Program-made: the position numbers and the translations under genes
Notes under the pieces: model-generated
What the model saw: the letters and a program-made list of their open reading frames with translations, nothing else
Databases searched by the model: none
Told to the model about the DNA's origin: nothing
Shown here: positions 46,482 to 58,070 of the stretch, piece after piece
Position numbering within the stretch: the stretch's first letter is position 1
Layout: every line of letters begins with the position of its first letter
DNA from: Dimargaris cristalligena
Lineage: Eukaryota
Assembly (NCBI GenBank): GCA_003614675.1
Contig: ML002250.1
Span: 1-58,070 of the forward strand
Direction: 5' to 3'
DNA length: 58,070 bases

Positions 46482-47235
46482 TGGTAGGGAAAGCTGCCGC
46501 TCCCCTCCCTCCCTTCCTCCGCTCAGCCGAATCCCCCATGTACAAAAACACCGCCACTCGGGGCCTACTACCTAATTCCGGTATAGTTGGGCCAACCCTA
46601 GCATCCGGACTATTTATTCCTCCTCACCGACATTCGCTGATGGTTTCTTTTTAAGTCAGTTCACAATTTCCCTTTTCCGACTTGGGCCTAATTCCCAGAT
46701 TATCTTGCTAAATTCCCAAAACTGTCCCTTGTCCTCTAATGGTCATTCCCCGGCATCTCATGTGAGGGGTGGGATTCGATCATCCTCATATAATAACCTC
46801 CCCCTCCTCCCCCCCCCCCCCCCCCCCATTTGTACTCAGTTTGAAACATTCGCTTCCCTCTTCATTTTTTTGCTGTGCTTGTCTCACCCAAAACTTCTTA
46901 TCTTCAGGGAAATCATCAGATGATTAGAGAGGCAAAGAGTGAGAGTTACCATAATATCACCAACTTTGTTACACTGACCCACCAGTTGGGTTATATTGTT
47001 CACATGATATGTGTGGCCTTACATCTCCTCTCCCCTCACATTAATCCTGGCCAACCCTCATTATTTGCAACATGTACCATAATAAGACTGATGTTTTACA
47101 TATACCTTCTCCTCAACAAGTGCTATTGCATTATAGTAGTGTTTTTTACAGGCCCTGGATAATTGACGATACGACCCGACTAACGGGTATAATGCACGTG
47201 GGGGTTCCCAGGGCAAAGGAAATGGTCGATAATGA

Positions 47236-47381
47236 AGATGGGTGAAAATCAACTCCACTATATGGGATTTTGAATGATACGTGCACGGTAAAATTGGCAG
47301 GGTGACTTTGATTAACCAGTAGTGACAACCCCCCATCAATCGCATTTTTCGCTATACGGCCTGGTTGAACCTCTCCCTTCT
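47236..47381 (-). mobile_element. MITE family copy 6 (strongly diverged)
   Basis: AGATGGGTGAAAATCAACTCC...TTAACCAGTAG...ATTTTTCGCTATACGGCCTGGTTGAACCTCTCCC; colinear with 54247-54390. Confidence 0.65.
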
Positions 47382-48095
47382 TCATTTTTGAAATTTGCGC
47401 TAGGATACATGCAAATCTGAGTTTAAAGGGGCAGCACATTGCATTAGCAGGAGCCAAGTGCGGGGTAGTAACAGAATAGGTGTGGCGGCCGCAATATTTG
47501 AAATGCCGATAGATCTGTTGACATTGCGAACTATCAGCCCATTTTTATAAGGGAATTAGTTGAATTCGTACCAGTTTTCCATATATTTTTTTATTCATGG
47601 CCAGTATAGCCAGCAACATCCGTTCTTGAGGGGACCGGCTGATATTCGCACCATCCCCATCAGTAATTGCGAATAACTTAAAAGGTGTTAAATACCCAGC
47701 TGGGCGAGTAAATAACGGGTTACGCCATCGCCATTGCTCGCAAAATTCAATATCTCTAAACTATGCACCACAAGGCAACCCTCGATGGCCCTTTCCCTAA
47801 AGGTGGGGTTTGAATGCAACCAACACAGTGATGTAAAGCCCACGTCGCGGGATCCGGTCTCAAGATTACCATTTTAACCTAGATGCCACTAGCTATTTGA
47901 CTGATTGTGATCCAAGTCCACGGTTATTGCCATCATCATCAACATCCCTTTTGAATAAGAAAACTGGGGTGTTATTATAATAGAATTGGATGATAGATAG
48001 GCGATTCAAAGGTAAACTTGACGGGGGTAATTTTAGTACTTATAGACCAGTCTAAATCCATTGTTTTAAAAATCTATAAGAATGGTGGTGGTGTC

Positions 48096-49920
48096 CTAGG
48101 CGGTTTCGGTGGTGGCGGGCGTCGCTTCCTTCGCGCGGAAGAAAGTGATTTCCTCTTCACTGGGTAGGTTTGGGATATCCGAGGGAAGTTCGTAATCCTT
48201 GATTTCCTTCATGAAATAGCGGATGAGGGCATCTTTGCAGGCGCGGTGTTCGGCCATCTTGAGCGAGCTTCCGAATCCTTCACCAATCTTTTTGAAGTCG
48301 CTGAACATACCGACGATGAAGACGGGCGAATTGGTCAGGCGACCGGTTTCCTTCAGCAATCTATGGTCACGCGCGAAAATAAATCAATTAAGAGTAGATT
48401 GGGGAAGCAAAAATCACATAAAAAACTATTAGAATGCGGAGCTTTCCCGTGGTGTATAGAGCCCCCCACACACCCTCTAAGGATGGCCGGTCTGGAATAT
48501 ACCCAAGCGGCAGATTGGGCTAAAAAGGCCCCTCCCTATCCAACATATTATATTCAGATGCCAAGGCAGTGAAGGTAATAGAGCTAGATGGTTTCAAATA
48601 TTTACCTAGCGACGGGGTATTCCATTTCCTTCTTACGGGCGAGCATGGTGAGCATAGTCCGGGGCTTTTCAAACTTCATGGCAGTGGTGACATCGAAGGA
48701 GCGGGACAGCAAAAAGGCGTGGATGAAGCGCTTGGCAGCGGCGGCGCCTTCGTTTTCGTACAAGGCACCGACGATGGCCGTCACGGCCTTGCCAGTGACC
48801 AAATCGAGACCGGCGTCACTGGAGGGACCCTATTTATACATGGATTAAGAATCGGGCCAAACCAGGGAGTATAAATAAATAAATATATATATAGTTGGTT
48901 TAGAAAAGGCTCAACTCATTTGAATTAGGATTTGTCATTTTTGCAATGTAGTTGAGGGCTCTAATGGATTGGTGCCTGGAACACTTCCCTCCTCGGGCCA
49001 ATACTACCGCATTAGGATGCAATGAGTATAGTGGGTGGGTTGAGGAAATCAAAAAGCCTCCCTAGGGTACACCGCACGTAGTTTTCCACTTACCTGAACG
49101 GAATTCCAGCGGAGCACGAACGGCAAGCCCAGCTCTTTACCAATTTGGCCCAGAGCGTAATCGCCAAAGTGGATAGTGCAGAGGTTTTCGAGGGCGGCGG
49201 TGGGGAGGTTGGGGTACTTGGCGTAAAAGTACTCACCGACGTACAGGCCCAGAACGTGACGGCCCAACCAGGAGAGGCGGCTGTTGTTGGGCGTCCGGTC
49301 GCTGTCGAAGGACGGGTGGGTCAGGATCTGCGCAAGGATGCTGTTGTCCTTGAAACGGAAGCCCAGGCGAGCGCTGAAGGCGAGATCGGCGGGAGTGAGC
49401 TCGGCACTGCGCTGGACCGAGGTTTCGGCGGTCACAGGTCCGTCGTGCGGGGTGGCCTGGGCAGCGCTATTGGTCGAGTGGAAGTGACGGATTCCGGCGG
49501 AAACGGTCACTATTAATACATATGAGTATTTGCCAGGTCAGGATGTAGGTATTTCCGGATTTAATTGATGAGGATTTATATACAATTGATTATTCGGCAA
49601 TCTCAATATTATTAGCAGGGGATATCGGTGATATGTGTAGCACAAAGGGAGGTGGGAGAGAACCTGGCTATTATAGTCAGAAATAGTCTGCCCAAGCCTG
49701 CGAGGCGTGTGTTTCACGGCTAGCTTTTTTATCTGAATGTGGTAGACGGATCCAGAGAGGGCTGGGGTAGTCTGCGGCCATGTGTCATGTACGCTGACAT
49801 TTCCGGCTCGATACTCTCGCGAATAATAAGTAGGAGAATCTTACGGGGCTTGGTAATGGCCAATCGAGACGAAGCAGTGGCCCGGCTGGCAACGCGGAGC
49901 AGGGATCGGGAGGGATTCAT
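48096..49920 (-). CDS. MRPL3: Mitochondrial large-subunit ribosomal protein mL44 (yeast MrpL3-like; RNase III-like fold plus dsRBD), ~326 aa, 4 exons
   Basis: Exons 49920-49845, 49509-49094, 48829-48606, 48360-48096. Arg/Ser/Ala-rich presequence MNPSRSLLRVASRATASSRL; degenerate RNase III motif LTHPSF..NNSRLSWLG; KYPNLP; AIVGALY; PVARLLKETGRLTNSPVFIVG..KIGEGFGSSLKMAEHRA. Confidence 0.88.
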
Positions 49921-50340
49921 GGTGGCGAGATAAACTGTGTTGGAATGGGGAGTTGTGGGCGATGGTTTAGAGTAATAGCATGCAGAAGAATAGCAGAGGG
50001 AATTGAGTTGATCCAAGTAGAAAAAATAAGGTGGTGAGTTTACGGAGTGGGCCAATGGAAGTAAGCTCAACTGTTAAGAAAGGTATAGAGTCTGTCTGCT
50101 GGGGTATGGTGACCAGAGCTGATCTATCCCATTCCAAACGCAGCCCCTTCGTTCTCCTTTCTGCGGCCTCGGGCGGGGGGGGGTCAGGATCGTTTGTTGG
50201 TAGAGCGATCAACACTCTCGCTGCTCAGGTTGGCCTTGCCTTATTTTAAGCTACCCTTGTGTATACCGTACTATTATTGCTGGACTTTTAGTTATAGGCC
50301 AACTTGATTTGATTTGATCGGCTTAGTTACTGAGTATTTC

Positions 50341-50465
50341 CCAATGTAAAGCGTAACTGGACACGAATACCACGGCCAATGTAGTCACGTGTTTTTTTAT
50401 TACACCCACCCAAAATGCCATAGAGCTATTGAAGTTTGCTCAAGCACACAGTAGATTCACGTGAA
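50341..50465. promoter_or_regulatory. Candidate elements in the MRPL3/EAPP bidirectional promoter: two CCAAT boxes and two CACGTG E-boxes
   Basis: CCAAT at 50341 and 50376, GTCACGTG at 50384-50391 and the palindrome TTCACGTGAA at 50456-50465, all within the ~850-bp divergent intergenic region. Confidence 0.4.
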
Positions 50466-50767
50466 ATGGGATTACGGGAACTGGGAGGTGGTGGCATTCA
50501 TTAGAAAACGGGGGACTTTATCGAGCTGATTAAATTGACACAACCCTGTCGCTTACTTGGAGTCCTGCGGTTCAACCTTTTTGCATAGCCCGAGAGTACT
50601 TCGAATTCCCCCTGTTCACCACCATCCAATTCTTCTTGTGACCAACTCTCCATATCGCGCAGTGCAACCCGCTCCACCAGTCTCGCCCTTATTTGCCTAT
50701 TCCCCCTCCCGGCTCTATCCCTCAGCGGCTGGCCTCTCCAACTTACATTTTTATTCCAATTAGAAGC

Positions 50768-51779
50768 ATGCGGAAGGCGAATCCAGCGGGTCAGACCGCT
50801 CCTGCTTACTATGCCGACGTATACTTTACAGACAGCGACGATGACGATACTAATACCCCTGAGGGTTCTCGACCAGACCCTAACCGAGGTAATCAATGGT
50901 CTCAGTTTGGTCCTGGAGGGTTTTAATCAGCGCCCCCGATTTATTAACTTCCACTCCAAATAATCGAGTGGATAAGCTTGGCGAAGTACCATGGAGATGT
51001 GTCTCACTATTATAAAGTTGCCATTGGTGTACATATCACTGAATATTAGAAAAGCAACGCATTCCAAGTAATGATGAGCTACTATACGATCCCGCCGCTG
51101 ATGATCGAGACATCCAGTGGGTAACCGCGAAAACGAAAGGTAAGTGATAACCCCCAACCTATTATAGCCCGCCTGCTTTCCTAATATATACATAAATAGA
51201 CAACGCCTTTCACTGTTATAAGGGCAACAATCCCCATATACCGCATATTTGGCTTCAGCATTTACCCTCATTAAATATACATTTGCACAATGCTAACGCT
51301 TCTCATCTGACATTTGCTGACCCCGTGCCTATTGTATACCTTGCCCAGCTCTTGCACTTAAAGACAAGCGCGGTCGACATGTTCCCGCTCGAACCTCCGA
51401 TGCTGAACTCAGTTGCCCCATGTGCCTCATGCCAGTGTGCTACGACTGCCAACGCCACGAACGGTTCGGCAACCAATACCGGGCCATGTTCGTTGAGAAT
51501 TGCAAAGTAGTAAAAACTTGCCTTCTTCGGTATGCGTCTGATTCAGCCCACCAGCCCAAAGTGGTGGACCTTCGACCCGCATCGGAAATGACCCACGAGA
51601 CCCAAACCTCTTCCAGTGAAGCCCTCCCGTCTCCCGGTTCAGCCGGGCTCACCCCGAGTAACGGGCAATTGGATTCCCCGGACACGTATTATCCCGTCGA
51701 GTGTCTGGAGTGTGGAACACGCATTGCGGTTTTAGATCACGACGACGTTTACCATTTTTTTAACGTCATTGCGTTTTAG
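50768..51779 (+). CDS. EAPP: E2F-associated phosphoprotein (EAPP) family protein, ~213 aa, 3 exons
   Basis: Exons 50768-50888, 51050-51139, 51349-51779. Motifs VYFTDSDDD, IPSNDELLYDP..DDRD..WV, SDAELSCPMC..VCYDCQRHE..NQYRAMFV and YYPVECLECGTRIAVLDHDDVYHFFNV. Confidence 0.9.
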
Positions 51780-54246
51780 TCCCAGGTGGTCCTCCTACCT
51801 TCACCCACCCCCAACTCCGACTACCTCGCTTTTACTTGTAATATAATCCGATGGCTTTTTTATGTGCCTACTCTTGTGCTTTTTGGGATAAGATTTTGCG
51901 CAAGTCACATTGACCAGCTACTCTTTGTTAAATCAATTTCCAATCTAAAAATAAATTGAAAATGATAAAGCGACACAGTAATAATCAACCAACGGAAATA
52001 TTGGATTGTTGGGCTGAAACAAATATACCAGGGTGTGTTGGGCTTAGCTGTAGTCGAATCCGCCCACCTTTACTCCTTCGAGTCCAGTTTGCCCCGGTAG
52101 TCCAATATGAAAATATATACAATGGTGCAGCTCGCCTTGACCATTATTTAACGATCGGGGTCTAATTGATTATGGTGAAGGCGTTCCTACCTTCACCCAC
52201 TTGAAATTCACGAAATATTCATTCGGGAACCGGTAATTGGTGTATTGGGGGATAGTATGTGGAGTAAAAAAGCCAAGTGCCGTGAATAAAATGTAGACAT
52301 CAGGTGGGGATAGCAACCTTTAGAACGAGAGGAGGGTCGTAAACCTGAACATTAATTAGTCGTTGCTAAAAACCTGTCAAATGGTCCAGTATAGAGAGTG
52401 TATTGGGCGTCGAAAATTCGGGGGGGGGGGCACCAAACCAAGTGGCATGTCGCAAATCGCTAAGTAATATGTACTTAATAATGTTCTTAAACGTCTAGTT
52501 AATCAGACATAGTCACCTTAATTCGATTCTTGAAATATGCGCCATTGGAATCAAATAAAACCAGCATAATACATACCTTACCGTCGAGGTACTGTATTGG
52601 GCAGCTGGTAACGCTCCAGCACCACCTCCTTGTAGCTGATGCTGAGAAGCCATTAACCAGACACTCTTGCCACCAGCAGTCTGTATCCGGAATAGCCGGT
52701 TCAGGTACCATCACTACCGCTAACTCCGGTGCCCCAAACTACACATGCTAATCCACTGGCGCCTGCTTGTAAAAACCGCTGATCCGCTGCTTTCGGGAAA
52801 ACCTAAATCAATGATCGCTATCTATTAGGTACCATGCCTTTTCCCCTTGATCCAACCTATACTAGATATAGAAAATTTTACATCCCAGTAGAGCCCTAAC
52901 CATCCAATTGGGGGTTCAGCCCCTTTCCCCTTATAAAACCGGTAGGTCAGGGTTCTAGATCTTATGAAGGACTATAGTTGGACATAAAAAATAAATTTTA
53001 TGGAATAATATTATTTCTTAAAAGATCATGATACTAAAAATAATTAGTACCTCCAAGCCGGGGATTTGTTCATACTCTCCTGTACTCCCCCACCCCCACT
53101 GTTTGCAGCGCCAATAATTAGCCAGTCTACATACACTAAAACAAATTGAAAGGTGCTTACTACACTTCTTACAGTTTCTAGCTGCCATTATTCCGTCGAT
53201 AATTTATTTAGTCAGCAATTTCTATCCAAAATACACACCCGACTGCTCTGTCTTCTTGAATACTATAGTCTTCCAAGCTCCCTTTTTGATATCCACGCTC
53301 CATAGCCCATACACATTACTTTTATGACATCTTTTAGTGGTGGTATTCGTAAACCTAATCTTAGGTTTTTTGACCGATATTACTGCCCTACTTGGGTATA
53401 TGTAGTGCCATGAGAACGTCGGCTATTAGCCTTCACTATCCGGTTATCTATTCACCCGGCGATTCCATTACGAAACCGACGATTATCGATGATTTCGACC
53501 TTTACGACTGATTTCTATTGATATGGCGAATTGCTTTAGAATATTTACACTCCTTTCGGGAAGTTACTTCCCGATTCATGATTTTGGTTACTTGATAACG
53601 GCCATGTGTTATGACGGTTTAATGATGGTATTTTTGAAACGAATAATGAGATATCCAATATTTAAAACGATTGCTCCACGACCTCCATTTGGAGAGCCCT
53701 CTTTCACCGAGGAAAACAATTGTTATTTTGCTCGTAGCTATTTTGCTCTACTGAAACACCCATTTTTACTATAATATTTCTCTAAAAAATACCATTTTTC
53801 TCTATACTACCGATACCTGACCATCCTCATTAAATATGTCTCGTCCACACCCAGTTTCCTCCCGGCCTAGCGCTCCTTCATCTATCGGCTCGGAACGCCC
53901 CTACGCTCTGCACCGGAGCAAGGGATGCTCAGTCGCATTCCACGACCCAGTGGCGGATTGGCGAACCCCGACGCCAGTACATATGCAGGGAAAAATTAAA
54001 ATAATAATCGATGTATGGTGCATAAGAAAAATGGGGTTATGGGGGCCATTGCTCTTGATCATCGATTTCCCGTGTCAAATTTTTATCCCTTAGTCAGGCC
54101 GTAAACTGCGACCTAGGGAGGTGTTGGCTTTAGCCGTAGAGATTAATAGGTACAACGGCCAGTCTTTATAAATATAGAGTCTATATCACCATGGTACCCT
54201 CATTGCTTAAAGGAAAATCGGCTAGCCCCGTTGCAGTTCCAAATTA

Positions 54247-54390
54247 ATATGGGTGAAATTCAGCCCAGCTATATAAGGGTTTACATTATATGTGTATGGG
54301 AGAATATATGGGAAATTTATTTTTAACTAGTGATATTGGCCGAATCTAATGGATTTTTCGTTATACAGCTTGGATGAACTTCTCCCATAT
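54247..54390 (-). mobile_element. MITE family copy 7 (144 bp)
   Basis: ATATGGGTGAAATTCAGCCCAGCTATATAA...TTATACAGCTTGGATGAACTTCTCCCATAT; reverse complement of the copy 1/5 type. Confidence 0.88.
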
Positions 54391-54983
54391 GGTGCCGGCG
54401 AGAGAGAATATGACAGACACTCTATCTAGTGCCCTAGTCGGCTTTTATCTGGCCCACAGGGGAAAAATATATATCCCCTTGTGGCCCGTTACACATACAT
54501 TCACATAGACTCGAGTGTTATATAAAATGGGCTCCACGAATACATGGAGGTGGGACACACAAGCCACTTAGTGTTCCCTGGTTCCTGAAATGCTACCTGT
54601 GCTACCTGCAGCTAAAAGGGGAAGCAAGGGGGGGGGGGAATGGCCAAAGTCATGGCTAAGTTGTAGGGGGTGGAGTATCTCAATCAATCAATTCCTTTTT
54701 TCGTTTGCCCCGATTACCATATCGCCACATAAAATCAAAAGTAGGTAAACCCCTCCCCCTCAATAAAAAAAAAAAATCATTTCACTAAAATAAGAGAATA
54801 GCTAACCATAAGAACTCGTATATATATATATATATCATCCCAATAGCCGCCCTATATTCAGCGCAGCTTTTAAATCAAACCCATCGTATTTAGATAACTC
54901 ATTTACCGACATTCACTGCGCACCTATCGATATTTGACTCTTGAGCCCCATTCAATTACTGGAAGATATTCGTAGGTACCCTT

Positions 54984-56861
54984 ATGAAAACCACAACTGT
55001 CACCTTGCTGAGCATTGCCCTGTGGGGTGCATGGTCTAGCCCATACTCCCTAGTTCACGGGCTACCGACTCCGCCTACCAACAACGGCCTGCCAACTGAC
55101 ATTGCTTCTCCAAGTGACAATGGTACCAAGTCGCAGAGTTCGACTAATAGTCCGTTTCCAGTCGAACTAGTTGGCCAAGTCCTGGAATTTACCGACCATG
55201 CCACTCTGTTACAATTGCTGAGAGATTCGGGGTATCACTCACAGGTTTGGGAAACCTTTTTAAAGGGGGTAAGTGCTTCAGTTAGGCATATAGGTCAATG
55301 TAATATTTTTGCAATACAATGCAAAGCAGATTGTAATTGATGAGCGAGTGCAGATGGCAACGCCCGCGGCTAACCTATTGCTGTAGGGCATATGCGTGTA
55401 TGTGGAGGGTATATTTACAATCCCCCAATACTTATTTGTCCTCCAACAAGCCAGCCGGGCGGGTTATTCGCCGAGGCTGGCCCATATACATTCACCCTGT
55501 CCTCATTAAACTCCCAACGGGCCCGCCTTAGCTAACTCTTATGAAAACCTACACCTACATTCTTTTGTCATGACTGTTAACAGGGACTCCCTCGCGTGAC
55601 AAACATTTTCACTAACCAAAGACGCTGGGACCAGTTCGGATTCCTTTGGTTTGCAGCCGCGCCCGTCGAAATGTGGGACATTCTATTACCCGAGGCGCCG
55701 CCTCGACCTCCCGTGTACCCGGAAGGGCTTAATCCCGGTCAAAGGGCCGCTATTGACTATTCCATACTTATAGCCAATGAAGCAAATGGTAGGTCGTTTT
55801 GGGACCTTAATGTCCACCACCCGTTTATCCAATCCGGGGGTCAGCGGCGTATGGTAAACCTGGCAGCTTTGACTGCCAAGGAGTGGGACGCATACTTTCC
55901 CCTAGTTTCACGTTGTAGCCGAACAGATAGCCCGAAATTAGTGGGGCCTTCCCCCCTAACGGCACTTTTCCGCCTGTGGGTAGAGGCTAATGATGCGAGC
56001 TACGACTCGAGCGGCAGTTTCCATTTTGCAAGTTTGGGATTATCGACCTCTCGAGATACTGGTCCCGCGGTGTCACAGCTTAAGGGCATCGATTGGGCCA
56101 CTATCTTGAATGTGAACGGGGGAGAAGTAAGTCTACAAGCCGCCGTGGAATGGCTAGGCTACTCCCCCCTACAACTTAGCCGACAGGCCGGGGAACCATC
56201 CCAGTTGGGTCCAGCTCTCAATGACTCTTTTCAATTGGTGTTGGACCGAGTCCTCACGCCCCTTATCTGGAAACTTTACCACAAGCAGCGGCATTCCGCA
56301 CTGCTGTTGGCTTTTCTAGATACAATTATCCATGAATTTTTGGCCAACTCTCTCCTTGACAGTGGTTCACTAATATCCTCAGATGACCAAGCCCAGGGGG
56401 ATATTTTGCATGCCATTCGATCACACACGCGGTTTTTCATGACCCTAGCGGCATTACGTCAAGATACTGATACACTACATGCTGTAAAGAATCGTATGAA
56501 TGACCTCGACAAACAATTGCCCATCCCGCCCCAAATTCTTCGATTTGATAACCCACACCAACTAACTCCCGAGAAATTGTTTCTGGAAGATGAACAGGAA
56601 ATGCCCTTTGGTATTGTACTGCAGCGTCATTTAGCCTGCCTGGACCGGACCGGCTTAAATGAGGCAGCCAAATATATGGAAACGACCTGGTGGGCACCTG
56701 CCTCTCCTCCACCGAGATCAGTGCCCAATAGGGAATCTCTGGACTGTGGTGCTATTCTTCCAGACACCATGTATTTCCAGCTGGGTAGTGATGGGTCTCT
56801 TAGTCAAAGAGTTCCGGTCTTTTTAGCAGAACAGCTTGCGGAATCCCACATTCACCAATGA
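54984..56861 (+). CDS. Predicted secreted protein with F-box-like motif after the signal peptide, ~520 aa, 2 exons
   Basis: Exons 54984-55268 (GGG|GTAAGT) and 55584-56861 (GCTAAC branch, AACAG|), phase 0. Signal-peptide-like MKTTTVTLLSIALWGAWSSPYSLVHG, then an S/T/P linker, then SPFPVELVGQVLEFTDHATLLQL. Confidence 0.8.
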
Positions 56862-57429
56862 AGTGAATACACCCAACAGCGATCCCCATTTGAAACCCAA
56901 TTATATCTCCTTTATCATGGTATAGTAGGAACATCTGTTTTTACCTTGAGTCAACACTCTATACCCAAATTTCCTAGTCTAAGTAACACTTCATGGTTTA
57001 TTGTTGCACTGCTAAATACCTTTATGGCTTTACATATATACATCATCCCCTCCAGGCCCTTGTGGATTAATCAATTATGTTCATTCCTCTTAGCTTTGTT
57101 TTACTGGCACTTGTCAACCTGGGGTTATATTTATTATGTTCATTTTTTCTGGTTAAAATTCCTCACAATTTTATCTATATAACCAATAAAGTCTTATAAT
57201 AACCCATTCATTTAATGATTGACTGCTGTCACAGATTGCTACAACATGCTGTAGAATAAATACTCAAATGTGGGAGGGGATAACTATTAGAAATTAAATG
57301 TTACAGTCTGAGGTAAAATGTATATCTCTTATTTACCTGGCTTCCTTCATTCCTATGAATAATTATTCAAAAAGTACTTATTGGACCATCTAATCCATCT
57401 CAATCCTACTGGCTTAGACATCCAACCCA

Positions 57430-57929
57430 ATTAGGCCTTATAGTACTATATTAATACTCCCATAGTCACACCTGGTACCATGGGATCATCCTATATTATA
57501 TAACCCTTCCCTTTCTGGACCCTACACCTTTGCACTAGTTACTCAAGTGCTGATCTAAAGACTCTTCTGGTTACCATCAGAGTCTTCTGGATACCCACAG
57601 CCATCTGGTCAACCCACTTATTTATACATTAATCTTAGTAGTACCCTTCCCCCAGTATTGGCCCCCCTAATCTGACTTAATCCAGACATAACAATCATCT
57701 GCCCTTATTAGGCCTTATAGCACTATATTAATCTTCCCATGGTCACCCCCAGCACTATGGGATCATCCTATATTATATAACTGTTCCCCTGCCAGACTCT
57801 ATAGTTCACACTAATTACTCCTGTACTGATTTAACAACTCTTCCAGTTTCTAACAGAGTCTTCCAAGTCCTCACAGCTATCTGGCTGGCTTATTTATCAT
57901 ACTATTAGTCTTAGTAGTACCTTCCCCCC
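57430..57929. repeat. Diverged direct duplication: two ~225-bp units with a ~277-bp offset
   Basis: 57430-57653 versus 57707-57929. Both start ATTAGGCCTTATAG, share TGGGATCATCCTATATTATATAAC and CAGAGTCTTC, and end TCTTAGTAGTACC(C)TTCCCCC. Confidence 0.88.
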
Positions 57930-58070
57930 GGGACCTCCCTTTGGAGTCATCCCCCACATATATATAACCAGCCCCCATTGGGACCAGCTGTGGTGAACTT
58001 ACCACATTTTTTACCTACTTTTATTTTTTATCTATTTTTCGCACTTATCGGAAGTATGCCCCTGACGAGT

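Noticed and set aside
48096-49920. Active RNase III or Dicer-like nuclease
   Set aside because: The catalytic signature (NERLEFLGD) is degenerate (NSRLSWLGR) and a mitochondrial presequence is present, which fits mL44.
51070-51102. ATGATGA...CTGA resembling snoRNA C/D boxes
   Set aside because: Lies within EAPP coding exon 2 (NDELLYDPAAD) and is too short for a snoRNA.
54451-54486. Imperfect hairpin CCACAGGGGA..TCCCCTTGTGG
   Set aside because: Short, single copy, with no context supporting a function.

Overview
Intron-rich eukaryotic DNA from a fungus. Divergent core genes and 130-530 nt introns with GTAAGT/GTAGGT donors and CTAAY branch sites suggest an early-diverging lineage, possibly Zoopagomycota; that placement is inference. 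I built 11 protein-coding gene models by hand. Minus strand: PRP46/PLRG1, ARP4, MOT1, ORC5, an intronless SOX/MATA-type HMG-box transcription factor, U2SURP/SR140 and mitochondrial mL44/MRPL3. Plus strand: two hypothetical proteins, an EAPP homolog, and a secreted protein with an F-box-like motif. Main points of interest: (1) U2SURP needs a 2-nt microexon and a GC-AG intron to stay in frame, and has a 1.5-kb intron with candidate poison exons; (2) a ~144-bp MITE family with seven copies; (3) a signal-peptide plus F-box-like candidate effector next to ~1 kb of CpG-free repeat DNA; (4) an 11.7-kb gene desert upstream of the HMG gene; (5) an N-terminally minimal Prp46 and an AT-hook insertion in Mot1. 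I saw no tRNA, rRNA, CRISPR array or intact transposase. Homology calls come from motif recognition; no database searches were run.
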